From positions 81,842,001-81,906,000 of the forward strand of contig OZ076409.1 in assembly GCA_964187785.1 (NCBI GenBank): a stretch of DNA of 64,000 nt. Direction: 5' to 3'. The first letter of the stretch is position 1. Each line of letters begins with the position of its first letter. Made by a program: the position numbers and the translations under genes. The notes under the pieces were generated by a model. It was not told the origin of the DNA. It ran no database searches and worked only from the letters and a program-made list of their open reading frames with translations. Source of the stretch: Amphiscolops sp. MND2022 (taxonomy: Eukaryota). Shown here piece by piece: positions 1-12,571 of the stretch.

Positions 1-756
1 TCCTCCCAAGCAGGAAGTAGATATTACTTCAGTCTGTCAAACCGGAAATGATTCCCCGTTTTACTGCTTTGGTTCGTTAGAAATTGACGCTGAGGTGACG
101 CTGACGTGAACAACTAATGCTTGATTTTGAATTTTAACTTGAGGAAAATGCTATGACTAATGTTTTCAGCCTTAGAATTTCTAATGATGCTAGGAAAAGT
201 GGAAACGAAAATTATAGGACTAGCAACAATTTCTAAATGGGGCTCAATTTAGATGGTTATCAACTAATTAGAACAAGTCAACGAAGCATTAACGTTTACA
301 TTAGAGTACTAAATTAATTTAACTGCAACACTTGGCTATTACAAAATTGTCTAAAAGGTTACGGAAATATGACGTGATAATCATAAAATTCAGAGCGTGC
401 AAATCCTCACAATTAAACCTTCATAAAATCACGAGATTATGGGTTAGCAGCCTGACGTCGCCAATTTAGATCAACGGAGTAACACATCTAGTCACAATAA
501 TAGTTACAAATGCTAAGGAGTTCAAACATGGTTATTGCATACAACTGAGGCAACAATGAACACAGATATATTGAGAAGATACAAATGTAGACAAAACATT
601 AGGAAAAATATGATTAAGTTATCAAAAAATAGCTCTCTCTCTGGTTCATATTTCCTCAGTTAAAATAAGATTTGGGGAATCTCAAATTGCCTCCATGTCC
701 TCTTCCGATCTTCAGTCGTCGGCAACCACAAGCCAGACCGGGAGCGGGCTGTGACA
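1..756 (-). repeat. 3' LTR of element A (partial)
   Basis: Matches 12930..13684 with roughly 20 differences counted by eye (about 97%). Similarity ends exactly at ...GGGCTGTGACA (756 and 13684). Confidence 0.95.
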
Positions 757-1360
757 GGGCCGCTCTAGTAGGAAGATTGACGCTGCCCGGGGCTCTGAGT
801 TGTGAGGTAATTGTTGGAGTAGTGGTGACTGGCTGTACTCTCCTCTCCAAATCGTTCAAAAGGCTTGCCTGCAAGAAATTTATCTTCCTTGGCGTTCCTG
901 GCGGGGTGTTGAAGTAAGAAGAGGCGTCTTCTTGGTTCACCTTTTCAAGATATTCTGCCACTTTACTGCTCGTTATCGACTCTTTATCGTTTGCCGAGGT
1001 TTCAACAACAAATATGTCAGATGACAAGCTTTCATCTGGCCTCTCTGGAGAGTCGGCCATTACTACTTCTTCGGGACTTACCGATTGTGGGTCTTGACCC
1101 GATTCCACAGTTTCGAAGCTCGTGTAGTGTTCGCTGAGTTTCATTCTTTTGCATTCAGCTTCCAGGGAGTCTAGAGAAAGTTCGAGAAATTCTTCCTCAT
1201 CTGCAGTAGCTTCCGCCGACGAGTTCAGTATTTCGACAATTATTCTGGGGTATTCTTTGTTGGCCCTAGGTAACGGGGTAGAAGCCCTTGTGATCTCACC
1301 TTCCTCTTCGCTTGATGATGAGATGTCGATCAATTCGTATATATCTAGTAGATTATTCAT
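656..1360 (-). CDS. Accessory sense-strand ORF of element A (234 aa, acidic, Ser/Pro-rich, likely disordered); reads into the 3' LTR
   Basis: Uninterrupted ATG ORF with strongly acidic composition. It crosses the LTR boundary at 756. No recognisable domain. Confidence 0.6.
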   Translation of the reverse strand: MNNLLDIYELIDISSSSEEEGEITRASTPLPRANKEYPRIIVEILNSSAEATADEEEFLELSLDSLEAECKRMKLSEHYTSFETVESGQDPQSVSPEEVVMADSPERPDESLSSDIFVVETSANDKESITSSKVAEYLEKVNQEDASSYFNTPPGTPRKINFLQASLLNDLERRVQPVTTTPTITSQLRAPGSVNLPTRAALSQPAPGLACGCRRLKIGRGHGGNLRFPKSYFN

Positions 1361-1469
1361 CTTCTTTGTGAGGTTTCTTTCTTTTTGCAGTTGTCGTTCG
1401 TATTTAATTGTTCCACAATGAATTTAGGATTAAATAGGATTAGGGAGAATATTGGGATAAATCCCTCCA

Positions 1470-1790
1470 TTCTGATTGGTTAAACAATCGTTTTAATCCT
1501 TTTTAATCCTCAGGTGTTGACGCTGTGTTAACGTCGTTTTTTATTGGCTGCAAATTGAATCAATTCCTTTAGCCAAGTTTGTCAACGTTATGCTGACGTC
1601 ATTTTCGCTAGCCTTAGCTAACTTTTGTTTTTGTCACCGTTATGATGACGTCATAATAGGTTATGGAATCGATTTCTCAACCCTAATAACCTTTTTTGCC
1701 GACGTTATGCCGACGTCAATTTCGCTGGTTCTCAACCAACTTTAGTTTTTGTCACCGTTATGATGACGTCATTTTTGAGTTTGTTTTCAG
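1470..1790. promoter_or_regulatory. Putative internal bidirectional promoter with a CRE (TGACGTCA) cluster and CCAAT boxes
   Basis: TGACGTCA at 1594, 1646 and 1764, CGACGTCA at 1711, within a duplicated unit of about 118-bp period. ATTGG near 1475 and 1543. Lies between the divergent ORFs starting at 1360 (-) and 1809 (+). Confidence 0.55.
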
Positions 1791-1808
1791 ATTCTCAGCT
1801 GTTTCTCG

Positions 1809-4800
1809 ATGGACTCCCGTTCAATTGTTTCTGTTGTTGATCCTGGGGCCCAGAGTGGTCATGAGACTCAGTACGTGTTCTCGGAGGAAGAAATGCGCCA
1901 TAGTGACGCGGACAACTTCCGTTTGCGGGCAGTTGGTAAGTACTTTTTATTCCCTGATCCATTAAGTTTTAGTGAATGATACTACTTTCAGATAGGCCTT
2001 TTCTGTTTCATATCTTCACAGCTTAGTTTTTCTTGACGCGTCGATGTTGGGATTGTACTTTTCTTTCAGAGCCCAAGGTGGTACCTCCTCCTCCTCCTAC
2101 ACCTCCTGACGTAGGTTTGGACGACACTCCTGCGGTCGACACTAGTGTGGCCCCTTCTTTGGGTCCAGCTTGTACCCCCTGTGTTTCTTCTGTTCCTGTC
2201 TCTGGTGGTGCTGAGACTCCTGATGTGTCAGGTTCAAAATCTGGCGTTACTCTTCCAGAGCCACCTGTTGGTTCTTCTTGCGGAGGCGAGATGACAACCC
2301 ACGCCCCCCTCCCCGCAGGCGGTGATGACGTTTTCGTGGCGACAACTCCGAGAGCTGGGATCCTTAGTCAGACCTCCAGATCTCCTCGGTTGTCATCTTT
2401 CTTGCCGGGTTTTGGTAAAACTTGTGCTGCCCTGGCGCAATCAGAATCTCGGAAAAGAGGTAAGTTTGAAGTGTTATCTTGGTTTCTATATTGTGTGGTA
2501 GCTTTGTTGTTTCATTTTCCTCTTCTCTTTCCTCTCTTCTTGTAACGGTTGTACTTTCGTTTGCATGATGTGTTGATGTTATAGTCGCGTCTACTGCTGC
2601 TGAAAGAACTGGGACAGGGTCTTCTGGCAAGAGAAAACGACAAGTGCACGTCCAGACGGCCAACTTGCAACTTGCTCAGCTGACTGTGAGCGGTAATAGA
2701 ATTTCTCTTTCTTGTAACCATAACTTAGAGAGTGGTGATGGCAGTTTGATTATGGATCTATTTTGTTTGTAGATTCTGGTGATTGTACTGCTCAAGAAAT
2801 TTCTGGAGTTAGCGATATTCCGGAGGCCGAACGTGCTGCAGTTGGACCTGTTCTGGCGAGTGAGTATTTGTATTATGATCGTGTCCATGGTTTCCTCTTT
2901 TTCCTTTCTTTTTCTCATTGGTACGTTTCGTAATCGTCAGTTGAGCGTTTTCTGTTGTTGCGCAGTTGTTATAGTCATGTTTTGGGTGGTGTTAATTCGT
3001 AGTTGTGTCGTTACATAGGGATGCAAGATCTCATGTCCCGAATGGAGAGTAGCCTGGAGGCTGCCGCCTTGCGTGAGAGTCCTGTCAGGAAGTATAGTAG
3101 TCGTCATCACTTGCGGAAAGACATGGTGGGCAATCATCCAGTCTTCAGTTTGTTCGTCAGTGGGGCCAGCAACGGGTCTGCATCGCGCTTCCACTGCATG
3201 ATCTGTAAGCGCGATGTTTCGATGCAGTCTCGAGGTGCACGAGAGTTCGTTCGCCATTTCTCCGGAGATCGCCATTGGACACGAGATGTGGCATACCGAG
3301 TGCAGCATGGTATGCCAGTCTTTGATCAATTGATGAAACCTCTCGAGTTAACGTCTGAACAGCGGGCTGAGTATCTTAGTCAGGACGCGGTTGAAAAAGA
3401 CGAGGGTTTCAGTTTCCCCGAAGATTGGTTGCCTGCATGCACTCGGGTCGATTCGACGATTCCTCTCCTCACTATGGTGAATTGTGTCGCTGAATTGTGT
3501 AGGTGGGGCGGCAGCTACGTCTTGCTTCGTAAACTGTGGGGCAACTTCCGTGCCACTCTGGGGCCTGACAATCCCTTATACAGTCTCCATTGGAACCGCC
3601 CTGAGACACTGGTCAGTAGGTTTTATAGTATTGTTCTTCAATGTACATAACGTAGTCGTCATATTTTGGTAGCTGGTTGGTAGTGTGGATTGAGGGATTT
3701 GTGTTTTAGTCGTTGATTTGTCGTGCCTTGTTCCCCTGGTGCTGCGTTTCATCACCTCCCGTGTGACAGCTTTCAACTGCTACAGTGTGCGGTTTGAAGA
3801 GCGTTCTGATGGCCAGTATTGCCTCGTGCAAACTTGGGATGAAGAGACCTTTCTGGACATCTGCATCAACGTGGAGCCTCTGGGTCAGCGAGTGCCTCAG
3901 TCGGAGTTGTCGTCATTGTCGCGTATCAGCACAAGTCTGCCTTCATCTCCCTTCCCCATCAGTATTCGTGGTACTGGCCCTTCAGTTCTGCGGGTGCTTA
4001 GCGACGAGCGTAGCGATGGTCATCGTTTTGTGTATGCCCGAGAGTTCTCCCCTGAGTTGTTCCTCCATTGCTATCGTTTGGCCCATCAAGAGATTTTTGG
4101 GCTTTTGGAAGTCACCAATATGGTTGATTTCCTGATGCTGCGTCTGCGCGGGGCATTGCAGGAGCCCTGGATGGAAGACTTGCCTGAACTTCGTCGCTGT
4201 GTGGTTGCTGGGAAAGTGACCTTCGATGAGCTTCGTGGGGTCGTGGCAGAGTTGATGTCAATCTGGGAGACTGTCAGGGAATACGTCCGGTACACGGGTC
4301 CCCGACACATCAAGAGTGAGTCCGACAAGGTGGGTATATTTTTGTTTCACAGGGGTATTAGTAGTCTTGTGGTAGGGTATCATCACTGTGACGGTTGGGC
4401 TAGATATTCATTCTGCTGTAGTTGTTTAGATGCGCGGCACTGACACTCTTGTCTATTCCGAGACAACGAACAAATTGCGACTGAGGATGTTGCTTCATGT
4501 ACTTGATCTGTGTAAGTTGTTTTTAGTTTTCCTTTTCATCGTTGGTATAGTCGGTCTTTTGATAGCTTGTGTAATATAGTGATCACTTTTTTCGTGTTTT
4601 TTGTTTAGGTGGCGTAGTCTTCGATAATTTGTTCTTATTTCCTTCTTGTGTTTAGATCATTGCACTTTCAAGAAACAGAGGTCTGGACGTGTTGATTACG
4701 CGTTCCATGCGTATAATGAAGTATGCCAGTTTGTGTACTGTTTGCTGACCCGTAGCCGCAAGTTGTCTAGTCTGCCACCTCTCGACGATTGGGAATCGTA

Positions 4801-5971
4801 CATGGATTCTTCGGAATTGGAGTCGTTCGAGAAGATTAGCAGTGACGACTTCTTGACCAATCATGAGTTCGGAGCTGAGTTACATCGCTCGAGTACCAGC
4901 GAGGTATGCGAATTTCGTAATCGTTGTCGGGAATTCGTCGATCGTCTGGTTGACGTGATCTTGAGTCAGCAGGTCGTGTCCTCCGATTTCCTTCAGGGGC
5001 TGTATTGCTTCTGTCCTGAGTTGCTGCTAGAGGGGGACGATCGCCATATCTTCCAGCTGTTCTCTCGACTGGTTCGTGTGCTTGAGCGTTGTGGTTGTCT
5101 TTCTAGTAGTGATGCCCTGACTGGTCGTGAGGAGTTTGCCACATTTGTCGTCGATGCTAGGACGCGACATCGTGACTCGGAGAAAAGCGCGGAACAGATT
5201 AGAGATGTTACTGCTTATCTGCTTTCTGATTACAGTTTTATGTCGCGAAGGAGTCTGGTGCGAGTCTTGAAAGTATGTTGTTTGGTGGTGGATCGTCCTC
5301 GGAGGAAAATGCCCGAAATTGAGATTGACTTGAAAGATTGTGCTTTTCCTGCTGCCGTCGTGATGTCGTGTTTGAGGGGCGTTCAAAGTCATGTGTCCTC
5401 TCCTGATTACAGACAGGGTGCCTTCTTCACTCAAGGCACAATGGAGAGTGTTCGTGATGCGATCGCTACTAGTCGCAAGTTCATCTCGTGTGCTGGTTTT
5501 GATCCTTGGGAGGGCGTGTCGATTGGCGAACGTTCATCTTTCGTCCAGAAGTATTCGTCAGCTTTTGATGCCTACTTGAGCCGCAAGAAGAGCGAGGCTG
5601 CTAAACAACTACATAGTGCGAATCGACAGCCACGTCACGTTCAGTTATCTGATTCAGGTGGTTCGGGCAAGTCAAGTACCTGCAATTCTCGTCGTGCTGT
5701 GTTGCCGAGTTCTTCGTTTGCTGTTGCTTTTTCGGGGTCAGGTTCTGAAGTTGGGTCGTCAAAGCAGCGCTCATATACTGCCGAGTCTGCGTTAGCTGCT
5801 ATTTTGGGACAGAAGAAAGAGGCGAAACCCACTGGTAAAAAGTCGGCTGTTCAGAAAGAGGCCTCCCCTAAACATGTCGTCAAGGATGCGGCGAAGGATC
5901 AGAAGAAAGATGCCACGAAGAGTCCAAGGCCGTCTAAAAAACGGTCGGGTTCCAAAACAGAGCGCGATTGA
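1809..5971 (+). CDS. Antisense 8-exon accessory gene of element A, about 1107 aa, BED-like zinc finger / hAT-transposase-like; one 1-nt frameshift in this copy
   Basis: Exons 1809-1935, 2070-2459, 2585-2692, 2773-2859, 3019-3611, 3710-4329, 4430-4511, 4656-5971. All introns are GT-AG, 80-159 nt and phase-compatible. One C is missing near 3733-3736. Motif CMICKRDVSMQSRGAREFVRHFSGDRH; Lys-rich C-terminus. Confidence 0.85.
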
Positions 5972-6264
5972 AGCTGATAACTGAGACTTTGGTATTGCTG
6001 CTATTTTGAAAACTCTAGTGATAGTCTTTGTAGTTGTATAGCTCATCCTGATATATCGGGTTGTGTTTGCTGTTTATTTGATGATTTTATTTTGCTGATG
6101 TTAGAATTAGTTGATGATGGATGGCTCCTCAGTAAAATAGTATAGAAGTATTTGGAGTCAATAGAAAAAAAATCCAGAAAACTGAAGAAAAAAGGCCGTA
6201 GTATGCCAATAATTAAAAATGTCAGGTCGGTTCGATCTGGACACTTAGTGATACTGTTTTCTTT

Positions 6265-9200
6265 TTAGTGAGTCGTAGTGATAGCGTCAAGTCGTCTGAA
6301 GTCAGGATTAGCGTTAGGTTTAGGATTAGGTCGCAGATTGTACTTTGCTATTTTCCTTGGGTTGTATCCGACAGCTGTAGGCGGTGATCTTGGGGGAATA
6401 GGTGGACTTTCAATGGGTGGGGGGCGTCGTATGTATGGGTTATCCCCCGCGTCTGTTGTAAGATTTGAGAAGTCCGGCGACGGCGGCACTACATCGTTTG
6501 TATCTTCGATATAATTTTTTGACGTTTGCGGCGTTGTGTCTTCGTCATTATTATTTGGCACTTCTTGTATCTCTACGTGGTAGTTGTTGCTTGTGCTTTT
6601 TGATGTTTCGTGTTCATCAATCTGCTTGCCAAAATCCACTTCCCATGATACCGCATACCATTCGTTGTGTGAGGCTTTATCGTCTGGATCGGGAAGGTAG
6701 TCGTTGGCTCGTACCGTGACGTCAGACAAGCGTTGTCCAGGTAAGTAAGGTCGTATTCGGATTCTATGTAGCGTTTGCGTGTATCTCGTGCCAAGTTTTC
6801 GTATTGTGTAGTTGTTGTTTGATAATGCCTTTATCACAATATACGGTCCTGTCCAGATGCAGTCTTGGAACGCGAACTTTGTCGACTGATTGTCGGCTTT
6901 CGGGTTCAAGATGTAGCAGTAGTCATTTACTTTAGGCGGGGCTGCTGACGCTTTGCGGTCGTAATATTTTTTGTATTTGAGGTAAGACAGCATGATGTTG
7001 TCCTTCGCTGTCGCTCGCACTTCGTTGATTTTTTTTGTAGTTGTTCTGCTATGTCCGAGTTAGGGGTGGTTTTCCACTTTGGCTTGATGCCCAGTTTTAA
7101 ATCAAGAACGTTGTAGGGTATAAGTCCGTGGAATACTGTGGATGGTTCGCAGCCCAGTGTTTCATGATATGTTGTATTGTAATTCATGACTGCAACTTGA
7201 ACGTATTTGTGCCACATTGAACGTCTTTCGCCCGTCGATATTTTGAGAGCCGTTTTGATTGAAGCATGAGTTCTCTCCAAAATTCCGATTGTTTGTGCAT
7301 GTTTCGTAGACGCATGGCTGATCTGGATTTCGAGTATCTGAATTATTTCGGCAACGACTTCTGATCGGAATTGAGATCCTTTGTCTGATAGTATCAGTGT
7401 TGGCAAATATGCGTGTCTTGTCATGACGTCGACAATGCATCGTCCGATTGTTTTCGCTGTGACGTTCTGTGTTGGGTATGCGAATAGGTAGCGTGAAAAT
7501 ACATCAATCATCGTAACAATGTTTTGATATCCTGCAGAATTGGGTAGGTTCGGCAATATATCGATTTCAAGAATGTCCTCCGGGCCTAGGACGTGTTCTG
7601 TATTGTTGATCATCTTCGGTCTGATTTGACTGTTGTTGATTCGTTTGTATTTGATGCAGTCTTCGCATCTCATCACCCACTGTCTGATCCGTTTTGCTAG
7701 TCCGGGGTAATAGTATTTTGATCTGCATTCTTGGATCTTTTTTGTGATCCCTGGGTGTTTTCCCATTTGTCCGTGAAGTGCTTTCAAGAGTTCAGTAATC
7801 AAATGCTCAGGGATCAGTATTTGGTGGTGTGTAACCTGACCGCACTCTCCGTAGTATTTGCGCATGAGTATTCCATCTTTGACTATGAGTCTGTTTTCAT
7901 GGACCAGGAGACGTTTTGCTGTCGGGTCAGTTTGTAAGAGATGTTTGTCAAATTCTTCGCATATTAGCTTCTTTTTAATTGCTTTGAAAACTAGGTTTGA
8001 GTCTTGTTCTACTCTGATGCGTGCGTCCTCTTTTATTGCACCAAAGGTGTAAGAGGCTTTATTTATCGGGATTGGTGTCGTTTTTTTATGGCTAGTTTTA
8101 TTTTTGTCGTCTCTTCATCGCGCGCATTTTGTCTTGCTTGTTCTTTTTGTAGGAGGATTTCTTCTTCGGTTTCAATCGTCTCATCTGGAAGGAAGAAAAG
8201 TTGTTCCTCATCTGCGACGTCGGTAGATTGTAGGTTGACTTGTATTGGTCGGATTGTGATGTCCTCTCTTATTTTCAATTCGACTCTTTCTTTGGGAGTG
8301 AGTTCAATGCGTGATAGAAAGTCGGCTGCAGTGTTTTGCGTACCAGCGACGTGCATTATGTGGAAATTGAATTGTAGCACATAGTCACACGCGTTCCACA
8401 GCGTAGGTGGTATGGCTTTCGTTTGAAAGAAACGCGTGACTGGCCTATTGTCGGTCATTACAAGTGTCGGTAGCGTTGTTTGTAGCTGTATTCTAGAAAT
8501 GCGTGGTAAATTGTCAAGAATTCTTTGCAATAGATAGACATTTTTAGTTGAGCTGGGGAAAATACTTTCGATCCGAATGCGACTGGGGTGAACGTTTTCC
8601 TTTTGGAAATGATTTTTCTGTCATTGTCTTCTTCGATCATTAATGCATAGCCAGAGGCTCGGAAGCTGGCGTCCGTCATTAGGACGTATTGCCGTCCTGT
8701 GATTGGTTGTTTGAGAGCCAATCCGCAGGCTTGCGACAGCGCTGCGTTGATCGCCTTGTAATGGTCGAGTAGTTCTTCAGTGATTTTGATTTGTTTGTCT
8801 GCTTTCAGCAGCTCATAGAATCCGAGTAATTTTTCAGATAAGCGCGGGATGTAGTTGCGATAATAATTGACAAAACCGATATATCTTTGTACTTGTTTTT
8901 TTGATTTCGGAAATCGTACATTTGCTAAGAGTTTTTGTATTTTATGGTCTTGAGGGGCAATTCCTTGCGGGGTGATTGTTCTTCCAAGGATTTCAACTTC
9001 AGTCACTCCAAAATGGCATTTGTCGACAGATAGTTTAAGTCCTGCTTGTCTGATGCATTCGAAAACAGCTCGTATGTTACGTATCAGTTGCGTCACTGAA
9101 TTTGCCGCAATTCCGATGTCATCCACATATTGTGCGCACTGGTCTGCTTTGATCACTTTGTCTAAATATTCTCTCATGAAACTTGTGAATGCTGATAAGG

Positions 9201-11142
9201 CTCTGCTCAGTCCCTGTGCTAGGCGTTTGTAGGCGAACGTCCTGCTTGCGAAATTGAATGGCAGCATTTCTATGGACCTTTGATCTGCCATTTGTAGGCA
9301 GTGGTATGCTTGTGAGCAGTCTAATTTGCAAAACAACTTTTTACCAGCTAGATGTTGAGCTGCGTCTGACAAGGTACTAACTGGGTGGTTGTTGTTGATG
9401 TAGTCATCTGAGATGAATGCGTTTATCTTTCGCAGGTCGACAAGTAGACGCAATTTGCCATTTGGTTTGCGTTGTGCAAAAATTGGGCTTGCGTATTTTG
9501 AAAACGGCAGGGTCGTTATGATGCCGTATCTGTGCATTAGTGCCAATTCAACTGTTAGGTCTTCTTTCAAATTTATTGGTACTGGCAAGCTTTGCGTGTA
9601 GATTGGGCGTTCATCCTTCGGGGTTAGCTTAACCTTGAAGTTGTTGTTGATGCCAATGTCAAGGCGATGACGCCCGAAGATGTCGTTGTATTCGATTATT
9701 GTTTGTTCAAGTTGTTTCCTGTCATTACCTTCGATTTGGGAGCCTTCCCATTGGAACATGTCAAGGAATTTCTTTCTTGATTCTTGGTCTTTTGTTGGGT
9801 CTAGTTCTTCTTTCTTGATGAGTTCACGGATATCTTTCAGTATTCGCCGCTGGATTGGCGTATGCTCTTCTTCATTTCCTGGGTTCTCAGGTGTGGGAAA
9901 CCAGAGATTTTTGTCACTTTGTTCAGTGTCGTTGGATTTCATGAGTTCGTTTACAAACAAGTGGGTGTCATCTGGATCTTCTAGCAGTTTGAGTGCAGCG
10001 GCGTCTACAGGACGTATTTGTTTCGTGTCCTCGGGTTTGAGGATTTGTAGTTCCGCTAATTTTGTGTGATTCTTTTTTGTGTGAGGGAAATCCGTTAAGT
10101 TGGCGATCCGGATGTTGAGTCTTTTGTTGTGGGCTGTCGCTAGTGCTGGTGCGACGATGATTGTTGCTGTTTCATCAAATTGTGGCAGTATTTGTACCGC
10201 ACCAGTGACGTCGTTCATGTTTGTGGTTATTACTATCGCGTTCACTGTTGTTGTTTGTTGGGGCGGTAGTGTTTGATTGCCTTCTGCCATTATTTGGAGT
10301 GGTTTCGGATTGTATTTTTTCATTTCGTCTGTCATGGCTAGCGTCATTTCGACGTGCAGGAAATTGATGGTTCCTTTGGCGGCGTCAATTACTGCTTGGT
10401 GGTTTCTCATGAAGTTCAGTCCTATGATAGGAAATGACGTTTTTGATAATATGACGAAGGTATCTGTGAATGTGTATGTTCCAATGTTGAATTGGATGTC
10501 CGCTGTGGCTATTGGTTGCTCTAGTTGTGCGTTCGCGCATTCAATCTTGAAGGGTGATTGTGGGTATTCTTTTATGACACAACTGTCACTATTCATTTTG
10601 ATCGCATTGTAGTCTGACCAGGACATGGCATTGATGAACGCGCCTGAATCGACCAGTCCATCCATTGTTATTTCGCCGAATTCGAGTGGCAAGTACAGCA
10701 TTCTTCGGCTGCTTTTGAGGACTATGGTGGAGTGGAGAGGTATGTATGTTTCCCCATCCTTTTCAGCTACGTACTCCTTGATTGAGTTGAGTGCTGTGGG
10801 AAAATTGTCTGGGAACATAAATGTTTTGGTGGGATCATGATTATGTTCTTTGTTCGGTTGTGACGATGAGCAGTCGTTGTGGGCGTTTTCATTTTGTTCC
10901 GACTGGTTTGCAACGGGGAGTTCTCTGTAATCTTTATCGTGGGTGTAGGTGTCTTCTTGTTCAGTTTGCGAGTATGGCCTTTTTATAGAAGCGAGTGCTT
11001 GTCGTCTTAGCCAGTCCTCTGTTGGTGTACCGTTGCATTCAATCGTTGTGTTGTTAACGTATGTGGTAGGGGGATCCTCGGTTGAATACGCCCTCGCGTC
11101 TACTTTTTCCCCAAAACGCAGGCGTGGGGTAATTAGTTTTTT
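6265..11142 (-). pseudogene. pol: pol of element A (protease, RT, RNase H, integrase), broken by several frameshifts
   Basis: LVDSGA protease, LDCSQAY and YVDD RT, TDAS RNase H, H-H-C-C plus IDI/SDKG/LER integrase, WTGPY motif. Split over ORFs 8458-11292, 8063-8530, 6927-7865 and 6265-7020. Confidence 0.95.
11096..11142 (-). other. -1 ribosomal frameshift signal (A AAA AAC) with predicted pseudoknot at the gag-pol junction of element A
   Basis: Minus strand AAAAAAC-TAATTA-CCCCA cgcct GCGTTT TGGGG aaaaagt AGACGC. gag ends EPKN* and pol continues in the -1 frame. Confidence 0.75.
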
Positions 11143-12571
11143 GGTTCGGTGGTAAAGTCGGTTGTTGTCATTTGGGCCGGTGTGTCCCTTTTTTGTTCTT
11201 GTGTAGTGTGACGTTTTGGACGCGGGTCGTTGGCAGCGTTGGCTCCATTCCAACAATTTTCCGTCTTGTGGGGCTTGCCGCACGTGTCGCATTTAAGTGA
11301 TTTGCCTGAGTTGTTGTTGGTTTGGCCATTGTTTCTTTGGGTTTGCATCCATTTATCTCTTTTCTTTTTCCTACATTCCGCTTTGTAGTGTCCAAATTTG
11401 TTGCAGTAAAAGCAATACCCTTTCTTGGCGTTTTGCGTCGTATTGTCGGCTTGTTTGGACTCAGTGTTTGGTGGGGCTGGTTCTACTTTGTTTAGTGTTA
11501 CTAGGGTCACCTCGTCCGGCGCACCGAGGCCGTTAAGTCTCATTTCCCTTTCTAGGTGGAGTACGATGTCGTTGTAGGGTTTGTCTTCAAGATACGCCCT
11601 GTTTAGTATTTTCTTTACGTGGTCTGGCATTTTTGCATAGATCGCCTTATCAATAAATTGTTGGGCTTCGGAGCCGAAGGCTTCTTTAGAGGTTTTTTGA
11701 AGTACATCCAGAAACTCGTGGAGTTTTTGGTTGGAGGGATCGAATTTGAGCGCATCCCATTCGCATCTTGCTTTGGCCATAGACAGATAGTCTCCGAAAC
11801 ATCGTTTGAAGATCGTCATGATTTCATCAAGGGAATCCTTTTTTGTATCTTCGATATTGCGGAACGCCTGTAAGGCATCTCCTCTGAGTAAGGAGTGGAA
11901 ATAGTTTATTTTTTGGATTTCCGTAAGATGCGGGTACATTTTGATAATTTTGCGAAAAAGGTCTTCGAAAAGCTCGAATTTTTCCGACTTTCCGTCGAAG
12001 GTCGGGAGTGACGCCGTTAGTGTTTTTGGCATGGGCAGTGTAGTGCCATCATTTTTATCCGTTGCAAATAAAGTCCTTGCCACTACTGGACGTTCTAGTG
12101 ATGTCGTTGACTTTGGGACCGGGCTTTTGTTCTTTTTGGCTGGTTTGTGGAGTCGGTTAGGACTCCTGTCACCATGTTACGACATATATTCGGGTCGTTT
12201 TGTGTAGAATTTATTCTGACTGATTTTGTCGGAGTGTAAAAGTTCCTAGTTTCGTTTTCCGTTTCCTCATCAAGGTTATCTCCAACTTTTTCCCTCGTTT
12301 TAGGTTTGAGGAGTTCCAACATCTCCTTTTGAGACTCGACGAGGAGACTCTTAATCTCGGATGTTATTTCTTCCTTCAAAGTAGCCCTTAAACTCTCCAA
12401 GAGGCTATCTTCAATTCGTGGCGATTTTGGTCTAGATGGGCCCGCTACTACTACGTCCTGATCCGAGGAACAGGGAACTTCCATTAGTATCGGCGAAACA
12501 AAACCTTCACTTACGTCTCTATCACCTTCTTGCTGAACATTCCTTCTTTTCTGGCTTCTTGTTGTTGACAT
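11133..12571 (-). pseudogene. gag: gag of element A, starting inside the 5' LTR; one frameshift near 12090-12130
   Basis: MSTTRSQ start at 12571 within the LTR; LPTFDG capsid-like motif; knuckles CFYCNKFGHYKAEC and CDTCGKPHKTENC. Confidence 0.9.
12160..12174 (-). promoter_or_regulatory. Primer binding site of element A (TGGTGACAGGAGTCC), probably tRNA-Leu
   Basis: Begins TGG immediately after the LTR terminal CA and is identical to the PBS of element B. The tRNA identity is inferred from resemblance to Leu tRNA 3' ends. Confidence 0.85.

Noticed and set aside
656..5971. Extra ORFs as an env gene
   Set aside because: No signal peptide, furin site or transmembrane anchor in the spliced products. 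The hydrophobic stretches in the ORF track are GT-rich intron read-through.
10060..10280. dUTPase between protease and RT
   Set aside because: The segment is beta-rich and resembles the spacer common in Gypsy pol, but the conserved dUTPase catalytic motifs are absent.
8972..12207. Plus-strand ORFs overlapping gag-pol of A (and the minus-strand equivalents in B)
   Set aside because: Shadow frames of coding sequence with no independent motifs.
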